Positions 1 through 9,348 of a stretch of 60,626 nt of DNA are shown in pieces. The notes beneath the pieces were generated by a model. It was not told the DNA's origin and did not search any database. It saw nothing but the letters and a program-made list of their open reading frames with translations. The stretch comes from a virus (Duplodnaviria > Caudoviricetes). The stretch covers positions 1 to 60,626 of IMG/VR virus record IMGVR_UViG_3300008113_004447. The stretch is one strand, 5' to 3'. The translations under genes were made by a program, and so were the position numbers. Each line of letters begins with the position of its first letter. The first letter of the stretch is position 1.

Positions 1-331
1 CTTTCTAGAATTGGATGATGGTAGTTACTGTTATCTAACTCCTGCTACACTTGAGTATCAGGCGTACTTACACAAACTAGGCAATGATCCACAACGTAAA
101 CATCTTGTTAAAGCGCATCTATACTGCCGTCATATGGGCGACCTATTCGGTGGTCAAATCATTAAGAAACAAGTAGCACATATTTCAAGCGGCAAGTTCT
201 ACGACTTTGAAAATGGCGATGCCATGAAGATGTCCATACGTGAATTACGCACTGACGATTTAGGGGACGAGGCTCGTGTGGCATTTGAGTATGCTATTAA
301 GATGATGCGGGACCTATATCGTGGAGAGTAA
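1..331 (+). CDS. hemO: Heme oxygenase (5'-truncated by window edge)
   Basis: AHLYCRHMGDLFGGQII matches the heme oxygenase distal-helix motif (HxYxRYxGDLxGGQ); adjacent to a bilin reductase. Confidence 0.9.
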   Translation, partial: FLELDDGSYCYLTPATLEYQAYLHKLGNDPQRKHLVKAHLYCRHMGDLFGGQIIKKQVAHISSGKFYDFENGDAMKMSIRELRTDDLGDEARVAFEYAIKMMRDLYRGE

Positions 332-1004
332 GGTTTGGGACACACTGATTGAGATCCAACATCTACTGGAAGATAACTTCAGCCGCACGGGTCAAGAGGT
401 TAATGAGCCTGGAATGGAAAGATTTAATCAACCTGGCTGGGTTAATCGTGTGTGGACTAGTGATCGGTATCGTCGTGCTCACGTTGATGTTGTAGACGCT
501 AGAGAAAGTAAAGGACTGTGGATGATGCACTGTTGTATCTTTCCGCATACTCATAATCCAGCACCGATCTATGGGTTTGACGTTATTGCTGGCAAGAACA
601 AAATCACAGGTTGTTTCCACGATTACTCAAAAGCAGGCGATACTGACCATCCGATGATGCAGTGGTTTCACGATGAAGTTGCTAAATTAGCATGGCGTAA
701 ACAACGTGCTTTACCTGAGTGGGCCACCAACATATTCAGTGGTAGCATGGTAGCCGCGGGCAATGTACAAGATCCAGAAGAACTAGAACAAATAACAGAT
801 CTCGCTCGAACTACTATAGAACACTATCTAAGCACAGTAGCAGAAACCAACAATACAGTACAAGATACTACCCAAGCACAGAACTACTACGCACAAAATC
901 AGAAGTGTAACCCGCATACACCTCGTGTAATGGTCAGTCTAGGGCTAAGTGAGGACGATGTACAGCATTTTATACAGGAATGCCTGTTCCCAGAAATCCG
1001 ATAA
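321..1004 (+). CDS. pcyX: Ferredoxin-dependent bilin reductase, PcyA/PcyX family
   Basis: RRAHVDVVD...MMHCCIFP...PIYGFDVIAG...FHDYS and C-terminal NQKCNPHTPRVM...LFP; His and Asp sit at the positions used by PcyA/PcyX; overlaps hemO. Confidence 0.8.
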   Translation: MESKVWDTLIEIQHLLEDNFSRTGQEVNEPGMERFNQPGWVNRVWTSDRYRRAHVDVVDARESKGLWMMHCCIFPHTHNPAPIYGFDVIAGKNKITGCFHDYSKAGDTDHPMMQWFHDEVAKLAWRKQRALPEWATNIFSGSMVAAGNVQDPEELEQITDLARTTIEHYLSTVAETNNTVQDTTQAQNYYAQNQKCNPHTPRVMVSLGLSEDDVQHFIQECLFPEIR

Positions 1005-1012
1005 ATAACTGT

Positions 1013-2035
1013 ATGAGATCATTTGAATTCCTTACTGAAAAAACAATCGTAAATCCGCAGGTAAAACAAACCCAAGGAGTTATCAACAATAAAGTCAAAT
1101 CTATTTTTGATTTAGACGAGTTGAATCAGATTTATAGCTACGTTAGAAAGATGGATCTAGGTGGCGGATTTGAAGATATATTTGAAAAGGACGTGGATCT
1201 TAAACAAATCCAAACAACTTTATCAAAAGCGATTATTGATGTAAAAGCACCATTTGACGACAAAATGGCATTTGCAAAAGAGATAGTTACCACAGGTATT
1301 ATCGATATAGAAGCATTGTTAACATCAGGAGTCACTCGAAATGTTGTTGACTTGGTGGTAACGCAGTATCCTGCAATTTATCAAGGTGTTTCAAGTGAGT
1401 TGATGAACATCGCCGGGTCCTTTAAGAGCGGACCAACAAAGACTAATCGTGGAAAGGGTGAATTTTTCCTTGCTATATTGAGTCCGAATATTATGCTTAG
1501 TAAACAAGGTCATGGTGATCTAACTATAAACGGCAATGGGTATGAAGTTAAAGATAATCTAGCCCGAATTAAAGGACGTAAAGGTTACGGTTCTGTTGAG
1601 AATCCTACTAGCCCGCTTGCAGGACAAACATTTGGTGTGGGCGTAGGGGCCAGACAAAACTTCTGGACAGAGTTTGGACCTTTGGCTATCCAAGGTGGTG
1701 CGACACCGGCAGTGGTTGTTGACTTTGTCAAAAAACAATGGAACACCACTATTAAGTCTTTGTACCTAAATATTACAAATCAACAGTTAGCATCTATCAG
1801 TCCTTTCGACGAAAATGGTGTATTAAATTTCCAAGGTCTTCACGCTCCGATGAAAACATTGGCCTTTGATTATTATAAGAGTGCAGACGGATTTAAAGGT
1901 GTTTTGTTTGTTAACAGTTCAAAGATGACTATCACATACGTAGAAACTGCCGAAGAGTTTATCCAGTTAATCGGTGTTAAAAAATACGGATTTGATGCCG
2001 GAGCACAAAACGGCATGCAAGTTTCTACTCCATAA
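1013..2035 (+). CDS. Hypothetical protein with possible PD-(D/E)xK nuclease motif
   Basis: ATG 5 nt after TAAATA; GKGEFFLAIL...GDLTINGNGYEVK motif. Confidence 0.5.
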   Translation: MRSFEFLTEKTIVNPQVKQTQGVINNKVKSIFDLDELNQIYSYVRKMDLGGGFEDIFEKDVDLKQIQTTLSKAIIDVKAPFDDKMAFAKEIVTTGIIDIEALLTSGVTRNVVDLVVTQYPAIYQGVSSELMNIAGSFKSGPTKTNRGKGEFFLAILSPNIMLSKQGHGDLTINGNGYEVKDNLARIKGRKGYGSVENPTSPLAGQTFGVGVGARQNFWTEFGPLAIQGGATPAVVVDFVKKQWNTTIKSLYLNITNQQLASISPFDENGVLNFQGLHAPMKTLAFDYYKSADGFKGVLFVNSSKMTITYVETAEEFIQLIGVKKYGFDAGAQNGMQVSTP

Positions 2036-2053
2036 ACAGTGAACTAACTATAT

Positions 2054-2079
2054 AAAATAGGACCGTTGGGTCCTATTTT
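2054..2079 (+). terminator. Intrinsic terminator hairpin
   Basis: aaaataggacc-gttg-ggtcctatttt perfect inverted repeat after the ORF. Confidence 0.8.
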
Positions 2080-2198
2080 CACGACCGGGTGTTGGATTTT
2101 TAACATGTTAAAAAATTAACATGTTGTAATAATAACACTGCGTTATAATCTTCACAGTTTCATAGTTAAATATTATACTAACTAGTAGGAGCGACATC

Positions 2199-2630
2199 AT
2201 GATAGACGGAGTCAGGTCCGCCACAACTGCCCTTAAATCTGCGCAATCAGCAGGTAAAGAGCTAGGCGCAGTTGTATCAACCCAGCAGGCCGATATAGAG
2301 GCTACTGTTCAACACGAACATCAAGCCCGTGTAAAAGCTAAACTAACAGAGCAACATCGCGCATCAACATTGGAACTTCGAGCTCTTGAAAAATTTGAGT
2401 CCAAGATGAAGTACGAACGCGAAGTGGCTAGACTAAAAGCTGAGACTATTCGCAAGTACGGCAAGGATGCTTGGACCAAGGTAGAAGCTGAAAAAGCTCT
2501 TATGGAAAAAGAACATCAAGCCGAATTATCTGCAATGGATCGTGACCGTCAAAGACAGGTAGATCTACTGTGCTGGTGCTTTGTGGCTGGTGCCTTAATT
2601 ACTTACTTTTTAAAATTATACAAATTATGA
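2199..2630 (+). CDS. Hypothetical coiled-coil protein with C-terminal TM helix
   Basis: AGGAG RBS; hydrophobic C-terminus LLCWCFVAGALITYFL. Confidence 0.7.
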   Translation: MIDGVRSATTALKSAQSAGKELGAVVSTQQADIEATVQHEHQARVKAKLTEQHRASTLELRALEKFESKMKYEREVARLKAETIRKYGKDAWTKVEAEKALMEKEHQAELSAMDRDRQRQVDLLCWCFVAGALITYFLKLYKL

Positions 2631-2707
2631 GACTACCACAAATTGTTCTAATATTAACACTGTTGATCACTACATTATTGATGTGGTTGGAGCATCAAAT
2701 AAAGTGA
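2627..2707 (+). CDS. Small membrane peptide (26 aa)
   Basis: ATGA overlap with upstream stop; MRLPQIVLILTLLITTLLMWLEHQIK. Confidence 0.4.
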   Translation: MRLPQIVLILTLLITTLLMWLEHQIK

Positions 2708-2714
2708 TTGGCAT

Positions 2715-3497
2715 TTATCTACCTATGTAGATCTGTATGGCCGATTCCTTTTTACGGCTTTCCTCACTCTTAGGAAATAATCCATCTCCGTACTGAGGAT
2801 ATTTTTTCTGTCTATCGTGAGCCACCCACATAAACATTCCAGCCATAACAAATATTATAATCATGATTGCGACGCCTATCACAAACTCATGTTTTAATTG
2901 TTTCAATCTAGTTTGACGACGTCTTTCTTGAACTGCCTGAGATTGCATTTGTCGAGTGACAAGAAGTTTTTGTTCCTTGCTCATTTCTTTCATCATTTCT
3001 TCTACGTCTGTGTACAATGCACCCAATTCTTTGGGACTTTGATACACCATCAATTCACGCAGATCGATCTCCATTTGTTGAAGTTGTTTACGCATTAGCA
3101 CACGTTGTAGGGCACGTTTGCCCAAGCTGTCATCACCTGTGTAAACTTCAGTTTTTGCCCTGCGTTCTTCTTCTTCAAACACAGCTATACATTTGTAGTA
3201 GTTATCGTAATATGTGCCAAGGTGATTGCCAATCTCTGTGTAAATGCCAGTGTGCTCGTCTGCATTGGCTTGTTTGTTCAATGTGATTACACGATTCTTT
3301 TCTTCTATGTAGGCATTTTTCTGTGCTGGAGTGGGGGGTTTTTCGGGAGGAAAGAGCTTGTGAAATTGGTCGTCAAGATCTTTGAGGACGTCTTTGACTT
3401 CCCCAGCGGCACCTTTTATATCTTTGTAAAGTTTACAACCGGCCTTGACAGCAGATACTGCTCCGTTAGCCAATGCAAACAGCGTTAATGGATCCAC
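2715..3497 (-). CDS. Hypothetical protein with C-terminal TM helix
   Basis: 260-aa ORF; GGAG RBS and TAAATA upstream on the minus strand. Confidence 0.75.
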   Translation of the reverse strand: MDPLTLFALANGAVSAVKAGCKLYKDIKGAAGEVKDVLKDLDDQFHKLFPPEKPPTPAQKNAYIEEKNRVITLNKQANADEHTGIYTEIGNHLGTYYDNYYKCIAVFEEEERRAKTEVYTGDDSLGKRALQRVLMRKQLQQMEIDLRELMVYQSPKELGALYTDVEEMMKEMSKEQKLLVTRQMQSQAVQERRRQTRLKQLKHEFVIGVAIMIIIFVMAGMFMWVAHDRQKKYPQYGDGLFPKSEESRKKESAIQIYIGR

Positions 3498-3531
3498 GGA
3501 TTCGCTCCCGATTATACGAGTATTTAATCGA

Positions 3532-3560
3532 TTGACAAGTGATTACTCTGATGCTATAAT
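3532..3560 (+). promoter_or_regulatory. Sigma70-type early promoter
   Basis: TTGACA-17 nt-TATAAT perfect consensus. Confidence 0.85.
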
Positions 3561-3587
3561 ATATACATATATTTCCATAGGGGTATT

Positions 3588-4430
3588 ATGAAAGTTCAAC
3601 TTGCTTCTGATCTACATCTTGAGTTTGCAGATGTCATGATCAAAAACGATACAGGTGCAGACGTACTTATACTGTCTGGCGATATTCTCGTGGCTGATGA
3701 TTTGCGTAATCAACCAGCAGATCTATCACTGGCAGATATCCCTGACGAGGGGTTTGGCCGTGCTAAACGTGCTCTGCGTTACAGAGACTTTTTCCTACGT
3801 GTAAGTTTCCAATTCAAACATGTAATTTACATTATGGGAAATCATGAACACTATCACGGCAAGTTTGATCGCAGTGCAGGAATTATTCGTGAAACACTTG
3901 GATACCTAAATATCCATAATGTCTATCTGTTGGATCGTGATACCAAACTGATCGACGATGTTTATTTCATCGGTGGTACCATGTGGACTGACTGTAACAA
4001 AAGTGATGCATTGACTCTGTATCATTTGGAACAGTGCATGAACGACTTCCGTGTGATTCGTATTGCCAATGAAAACTTTAAAAAGTTTTTGCCTTCACGT
4101 ACTGTTAAGGAGTTTACCAATACACGTGATTACTTTAAAACAGTAATCGGTAACTTGCCTCAAGATGCAAAGGTTGTTGTGTGTAGTCATCACGCTCCTA
4201 GTCACTTGAGCATACATGAAATCTACAAACACGACACCCTAATGAACGGCGGATATAGCACAGACATGAGTGAGTTCATTTTGGATCGAGCTTGTATCAA
4301 AGTATGGACACATGGTCACATGCACAACAACTTTGACTACATGGTTGGTGACACTCGAGTGATCTGTAACCCACATGGATATCCGGGTGAAAACGATAGT
4401 TTTGATTTTAATTTTACATTTGAGGTTTAA
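3588..4430 (+). CDS. Calcineurin-like metallophosphoesterase
   Basis: SDLH, GDI, GNHEH, SHH, HGHMH motifs. Confidence 0.9.
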   Translation: MKVQLASDLHLEFADVMIKNDTGADVLILSGDILVADDLRNQPADLSLADIPDEGFGRAKRALRYRDFFLRVSFQFKHVIYIMGNHEHYHGKFDRSAGIIRETLGYLNIHNVYLLDRDTKLIDDVYFIGGTMWTDCNKSDALTLYHLEQCMNDFRVIRIANENFKKFLPSRTVKEFTNTRDYFKTVIGNLPQDAKVVVCSHHAPSHLSIHEIYKHDTLMNGGYSTDMSEFILDRACIKVWTHGHMHNNFDYMVGDTRVICNPHGYPGENDSFDFNFTFEV

Positions 4431-4718
4431 ATGAACGAACACACTAAAAAACTTGCCAACATCTGGGCTAACCGTAGAGCAGAAGAGGAGAAGCTGGGTA
4501 TTGTCTATACCTTTTCCGAAAAGGCCCTAGAAGTATTTGCTGACAAGGTTCGAGAAGAACACACTCAATCAGTTATAAAAATGTGTGCCAACACAATCAA
4601 TAACAATCTAAACGATCAGGCTCGTCGCAAACGCAACAACTTTGAAGTTATGGAAGCCATGGTCATTGTTGGGGCACTGATAGCCTGGGCCACTTGGTGG
4701 TACACCAATGCTCATTGA
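4431..4718 (+). CDS. Hypothetical protein, C-terminal TM
   Basis: Abuts upstream gene; GAGG RBS. Confidence 0.6.
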   Translation: MNEHTKKLANIWANRRAEEEKLGIVYTFSEKALEVFADKVREEHTQSVIKMCANTINNNLNDQARRKRNNFEVMEAMVIVGALIAWATWWYTNAH

Positions 4719-4853
4719 TATGAAGATTATTGTACTCTACGCTATTGTATCGTTTGTGTTGTATCTTAATTGGACAGACATGGGTCAGGATAATGAAAAG
4801 CAAGCATTGGATAAAATACAAAATTCACAAGGACTCTTAGTAAAGGCAACACA

Positions 4854-5096
4854 ATGAGTACACTAGCAGAATACTTTGCAGAGCACAGACCCAAACCTAA
4901 GTATCAAGTAGGTGATAGGATTGAAGGCACATATAAGGGCATACCTTATGTGGGCACTGCTTATACTGACAATATGCGTAGCGAACTAGAAGGCCCTATG
5001 GTGAGCGTACATTTAGACTTGCCTATAAAGATTGATAGTGTATGGCACAACAGCATCCGTGTGACATACAAACAGATTAAAGGATTGAGAACATGA
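4854..5096 (+). CDS. Hypothetical phage protein
   Basis: ORF in early operon; overlaps next start (ATGA). Confidence 0.65.
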   Translation: MSTLAEYFAEHRPKPKYQVGDRIEGTYKGIPYVGTAYTDNMRSELEGPMVSVHLDLPIKIDSVWHNSIRVTYKQIKGLRT

Positions 5097-5388
5097 CTAT
5101 CTTTATACCTGTGCTGTTTATTTGCCTTAACGGCAACTGCGAGTTCATGCAGGGCAAAACATATTACAAAAATGAAGCTCAATGTGTAGCCAGTTTGGAC
5201 ATGCAAAAACAGCACATGCGAAATTTGGTTAAGCAAGCAGAGCAACAAGGTACCAAGGGTGAAATAACCATTTTGGAAGGTACTTGTATTGATGCTGAAA
5301 TTAAAACCACCCAGGGACGAGTAACATGAAAGTAGGTGCCATAATGGCACAACAGCATCCGTGTGACATACAAACAGATTAAAGGATT
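5042..5388 (+). repeat. 45-bp exact direct repeat (5042-5086 and 5344-5388) flanking ORF 5093-5329
   Basis: atggcacaacagcatccgtgtgacatacaaacagattaaaggatt occurs twice. Confidence 0.95.
5093..5329 (+). CDS. Small hypothetical protein (4 Cys, hydrophobic N-terminus)
   Basis: ORF coupled to upstream stop. Confidence 0.65.
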   Translation: MTIFIPVLFICLNGNCEFMQGKTYYKNEAQCVASLDMQKQHMRNLVKQAEQQGTKGEITILEGTCIDAEIKTTQGRVT

Positions 5389-5394
5389 ACGTAA

Positions 5395-5688
5395 ATGAAT
5401 GAACGAATTAAGCAACTTAAACAACAAGCTGGGATTGACTATAATCCAGATCAAGAAGGATTGGATTTGTTTGCCGAGTTGATTGTGCGGGAATGTTGTT
5501 TAGCATTGTGGACAGAAGAATGTCATACAAGTGACTTAGCATTTGACGAAGTAAGGCGCAACGCTACAAGGATCAAAGAACACTTTGGTATCGACCCAAA
5601 TGAAATCACAGAAGATATGTTAACCCGGTCTATTACATGGATGGAACAACAGTTAGCAGATAAGAAACATTTCGGAGTTGAAGAATGA
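5395..5688 (+). CDS. Hypothetical phage protein
   Basis: MNERIKQL...FAELIVREC...IKEHFG; ORF in operon. Confidence 0.7.
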   Translation: MNERIKQLKQQAGIDYNPDQEGLDLFAELIVRECCLALWTEECHTSDLAFDEVRRNATRIKEHFGIDPNEITEDMLTRSITWMEQQLADKKHFGVEE

Positions 5689-5698
5689 AATATGGCAA

Positions 5699-5727
5699 TT
5701 GACAATATTTCTATTTGATGCTATAAT
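5699..5727 (+). promoter_or_regulatory. Sigma70-type early promoter
   Basis: TTGACA-17 nt-TATAAT. Confidence 0.85.
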
Positions 5728-5756
5728 ATATACTTACATAGTGAACAGGGAATATC

Positions 5757-5927
5757 ATGGCAGGCAAAGCAAAATCAGTTTACCTTACAGTAACCACAAT
5801 GGATCACAAATCCGTTTTTCATCGTGTGTTCTTTAACGCTAAAGACTTCAACGACTACGTGAACAGCGAAGAATTCAAAGCCAAGTATCCAACAACAGAG
5901 TTTAAAATTGTAAAAGAAACATATTGA
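5757..5927 (+). CDS. Small hypothetical protein (56 aa, not in ORF track)
   Basis: MAGKAKSVYLTV...KIVKETY directly after the promoter. Confidence 0.65.
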   Translation: MAGKAKSVYLTVTTMDHKSVFHRVFFNAKDFNDYVNSEEFKAKYPTTEFKIVKETY

Positions 5928-5936
5928 AGTCTAGGT

Positions 5937-6392
5937 ATGAAAAAGATCTATTACGAAAAGGTTGGTCGTAAGTATGTGCCAGTTGCCGAATACGATAACG
6001 ACTTTTTGGACAGCTTCACCAAGGGTACTCATTTGGTTATGAGTTATCCAGGAGGCACTAGTCGTAGGTTTAATATTGATCCTAACTATGCCGCAATGAT
6101 TGCCGCAGGTCGTGTGGCCGAAGAAGCTATTTGTGAAGCAATACGTAAAGAAAGTGAACTACGGCCACAACAAACTCCTATCACTTTAGGACAAAAGAAG
6201 GCATGGCAAAAGTTGGCTAAGGAATTTGGGTCTGATCTTGCTACACTATCTGGTTTATGTATCCGTGATTGTGCAGAAGCTGGAGTAAAGGCCATGCAAC
6301 TAGAAGCGGATAAACTTATGCAACACGAAGGTGTACGTAAGGCCTACGATCATTTTATGTTGTTGTGTGAACTAACTAAAGATCGGCAATGA
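5937..6392 (+). CDS. Hypothetical phage protein
   Basis: 151-aa ORF in operon. Confidence 0.7.
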   Translation: MKKIYYEKVGRKYVPVAEYDNDFLDSFTKGTHLVMSYPGGTSRRFNIDPNYAAMIAAGRVAEEAICEAIRKESELRPQQTPITLGQKKAWQKLAKEFGSDLATLSGLCIRDCAEAGVKAMQLEADKLMQHEGVRKAYDHFMLLCELTKDRQ

Positions 6393-6658
6393 GCAAGCCC
6401 ATAGTAATGACTACTAGTGCTTGGGGCAACATTCTTGAAAGAATCAAAAAAAACGAAAATCCCAGCGTCTATCTTTCACGTACCAAGATGAAACATGTAC
6501 TGGGATTTACAGTGCGTGAACATACTGAATATCAGTATCATGTTAGTACGCACAATTCTTTCGATACAGCATCACATGTGTTTACTATACGTCTTGACTT
6601 TTACGATGAGCAGAAACGCACAATGTTTTTATTAAAATATGGCAACGGGCAAAACTGA
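6389..6658 (+). CDS. Small paralog-family protein 1
   Basis: C-terminus LDFYDEQKRTMFLLKYG. Confidence 0.7.
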   Translation: MSKPIVMTTSAWGNILERIKKNENPSVYLSRTKMKHVLGFTVREHTEYQYHVSTHNSFDTASHVFTIRLDFYDEQKRTMFLLKYGNGQN

Positions 6659-6890
6659 AGTAGCAACTCTAAATGAACTGCTAGCAACACGAGCTAGGGC
6701 TGTGTTTCCCTATAGAGTAAACTTCAATAATATTACACGTAATCAAATTGAAGAAATGGCTTCGTGGTGTATTAACAACTGTAAAGAATTATGGCGTGAA
6801 GAACACTACCACGCATTATACTTTCAATTTGCAGACGAACGAGATGCCATGATGTTCATGCTGAAATTTGGCGGCAGAGGTAATGTATGA
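6639..6890 (+). CDS. Small paralog-family protein 2
   Basis: WCINNC...FQFADERDAMMFMLKFG. Confidence 0.7.
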   Translation: MATGKTEVATLNELLATRARAVFPYRVNFNNITRNQIEEMASWCINNCKELWREEHYHALYFQFADERDAMMFMLKFGGRGNV

Positions 6891-7144
6891 ATTTAGAAAA
6901 AGAAATCTTAGACGAACTTGGAACACAGATGCAGAGCGAGATGGATAAAGAAATACTCTGGGGAATGCTAGTCAAGATAGGTTGGACTCGAGTGTTATTA
7001 CCAAGATTTAACAGTCGAGAACACTCCGTTGATGTTATTACCTGGTTAGCAGATAACTGTAAAAATCCCCACGAACGTAGAGGTAACGAAGTTATCTTTG
7101 AAAATTCTGGAGATGCTGTTAACTTCATTATGAGATGGCGATGA
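6887..7144 (+). CDS. Small paralog-family protein 3
   Basis: WLADNC...IFENSGDAVNFIMRW. Confidence 0.7.
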   Translation: MNLEKEILDELGTQMQSEMDKEILWGMLVKIGWTRVLLPRFNSREHSVDVITWLADNCKNPHERRGNEVIFENSGDAVNFIMRWR

Positions 7145-7404
7145 AAACATTGGTACATCATTGGAGATTCAATGACGGAGTAACACCTATCAATCCCGGA
7201 AATCGGTTTGGAGAAACTGTTCTGCCACGCAGTTGGAGTTGTTGGGTATATCCTGAAGATGATCACGATTTTGAAATTTGGATGTCGCGGCATTGTCCTA
7301 CCGCAGATTATACACATCGTTTCAATAGCGGCAATCCCATGTGGACTGTTACTATTTTGGACGACAGAGAAGCGACCCTCTTTACACTGAAGTATGGCAA
7401 TTAA
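7135..7404 (+). CDS. Small paralog-family protein 4
   Basis: WMSRHC...ILDDREATLFTLKYG. Confidence 0.7.
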   Translation: MAMKTLVHHWRFNDGVTPINPGNRFGETVLPRSWSCWVYPEDDHDFEIWMSRHCPTADYTHRFNSGNPMWTVTILDDREATLFTLKYGN

Positions 7405-7741
7405 CACACTTACCTGGGACACTAGCCACGGTTGGCTAGGGCCTCCTCCAACAAAGACTACATATAGACATACTGTAGTAGGAGATCGTGTGGAAGAAAC
7501 TAAAGAAGTAGTTGTTCATACATTCACAATGGGCGATGTTGAAGACCCAGACTTGTATGCAGCCCAACCACTTTGGGAATGGCAACAAAGTGAAGCAGGC
7601 AAATGGATTATGGAAAATGCTGTAGAAACACCATGTTGGCATAGAGCAGTAGATCACTTTGATCGCGGTTACAAGTATCAGATCCGTGCCAAACTGCAAG
7701 GTGCTAGATTAACAGAATGGTTATTAAGGCAAAGTAAATGA
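7394..7741 (+). CDS. Small protein, divergent member of the paralog family
   Basis: WIMENA...LQGARLTEWLLR. Confidence 0.65.
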   Translation: MAINTLTWDTSHGWLGPPPTKTTYRHTVVGDRVEETKEVVVHTFTMGDVEDPDLYAAQPLWEWQQSEAGKWIMENAVETPCWHRAVDHFDRGYKYQIRAKLQGARLTEWLLRQSK

Positions 7742-8007
7742 GCAGCACTCCGCATGAAGCTCGAACATCTACAATCTTTAAAGCTCTTCGAGCAGAAAAT
7801 CATTTGAAGGCGGACGAACGACTAATGGAGTTGTTGGGTACATATCATTCTGTCCACCTTGGTAATGATGAAGATTTCCCAGAAAAACTTACATGGTGTT
7901 TAGAGAATTGTCAAAGTAAATTTCGAGATCTTAGCGAAATTGACGGGCGAGTTTGGTATTTTGAAAATGAATACGATGCAACACTATTTGCAATAAAGTG
8001 GTCATGA
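7738..8007 (+). CDS. Small paralog-family protein 6
   Basis: WCLENC...YFENEYDATLFAIKWS. Confidence 0.7.
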   Translation: MSSTPHEARTSTIFKALRAENHLKADERLMELLGTYHSVHLGNDEDFPEKLTWCLENCQSKFRDLSEIDGRVWYFENEYDATLFAIKWS

Positions 8008-8255
8008 TTGATCCAAAATATCTAAAAGATCTAAGTCCTCCTAGAAATTTGTTGGATGCTTGTTTTTCCGTGCAGGTTAGCGATTCGGATATACCAATGT
8101 GGAAAATGAAAAAATGGGCACGTGATCAATGCCAAAGTTTTGTTTGGGCAGAATTAGTAGACACTTCGGATGTTAGCTACAACTACGATAGCGTTTCGGC
8201 ATTCTACTTTACCACAGAAGCGGACAAAATAATGTTTGCTCTTAAATGGAAATGA
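8004..8255 (+). CDS. Small paralog-family protein 7
   Basis: WARDQC...YFTTEADKIMFALKWK. Confidence 0.7.
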   Translation: MIDPKYLKDLSPPRNLLDACFSVQVSDSDIPMWKMKKWARDQCQSFVWAELVDTSDVSYNYDSVSAFYFTTEADKIMFALKWK

Positions 8256-8294
8256 TGTTATAATAGTATATCATCACATTATAATTGGATTGAA

Positions 8295-8699
8295 ATGAAA
8301 ATCGGTTTTAGCCTTGGACGTTGCGTCCGTGATATTGTCAACGGTAGTGTAGCTATTAACGATGTGGCATTTATTATTGCCGCAACTAATATCCACGACG
8401 AACCTCAACTTAAAAATGTCATCAGCGACTATATGTATCGAGATGACGAATATCTTTATGGGCTTGATGAAGATACGTGTCAAGCTGTTGCTTTAGAACT
8501 TTGGGCAACTAATAAAATTTTACAACCACGTAGACAGGGCATGCATCGCCATCGTCAACCTGAAAATTCAATTTGGGTAGACATGTTTCCTACAACTCCT
8601 AGCGCCAGCGAAAGCGTTAAAACAGCATGGGAACAATACCGCTTTATGTTACATATGGTAGAGAATGTTGAAACAGATGCATTAGAAACATTTAAATGA
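8295..8699 (+). CDS. Hypothetical phage protein
   Basis: 134-aa ORF. Confidence 0.7.
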   Translation: MKIGFSLGRCVRDIVNGSVAINDVAFIIAATNIHDEPQLKNVISDYMYRDDEYLYGLDEDTCQAVALELWATNKILQPRRQGMHRHRQPENSIWVDMFPTTPSASESVKTAWEQYRFMLHMVENVETDALETFK

Positions 8700-8762
8700 A
8701 TACTATAGATTGTAATAATACTGTAAATTAACATATGCTATAATGAGATAAGTAAAGTATAC

Positions 8763-9341
8763 TTGGAGCAAAGAGTGAAAAAAGTTGACGATTTTAATGC
8801 GGAAGATCGGATTGATTTAAAATTGCTGGAAAATTCAGTATTTTTCCTCACAGGCGAAATCGCTGAAGAAAATATAGGAAAATGTATAAAGTGGCTGACC
8901 TACGAAAATCTTGACACTAAAACTGAAAAAGTTTTAACACTGTATGTTAACTCAACCGGTGGTGATTTATACCAAGCATTGGCGTTGATTGATATGATGA
9001 CCACTAGCAAGTATACCATACGTACTATTGGCGTAGGTACTGTGATGAGCGCAGCATTTTTAATTGTGGCATCTGGTTCTAAAGGAGAAAGGTATCTTTC
9101 TCAGCATACCAGTTGTATGTGTCATCAATTTGCCGGAGGTGGCAGTGATGCCAAGTTTCATGATCTCAAAGCTGAAATGAAAGAAAATGAAATGTTAAAC
9201 ATTGCAATGACAAATGTTCTAGTAACAGCCACAGGCAACGTGCCCAGTTATGTTAAGAAAAGACTTTTACCACCAACCGACGTGTACATGACAGCAGCCG
9301 AAATGATAGAACACGGTGCTGCCGACTACATCTTAGAATGA
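8763..9341 (+). CDS. clpP: ClpP-like protease subunit
   Basis: YVNSTGG, MSAA (Ser), MCHQ (His), TDVYMTA.E (Asp), final GAADYI. Confidence 0.85.
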   Translation: MEQRVKKVDDFNAEDRIDLKLLENSVFFLTGEIAEENIGKCIKWLTYENLDTKTEKVLTLYVNSTGGDLYQALALIDMMTTSKYTIRTIGVGTVMSAAFLIVASGSKGERYLSQHTSCMCHQFAGGGSDAKFHDLKAEMKENEMLNIAMTNVLVTATGNVPSYVKKRLLPPTDVYMTAAEMIEHGAADYILE

Positions 9342-9348
9342 GGTTAAT

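Noticed and set aside
5042-5388. Diversity-generating retroelement TR/VR pair or IS target duplication
   Set aside because: The copies are identical with no adenine-specific changes, and no reverse transcriptase or transposase is present in the window
6856-7422. 188-aa minus-strand ORF
   Set aside because: Antisense to the coherent plus-strand paralog array
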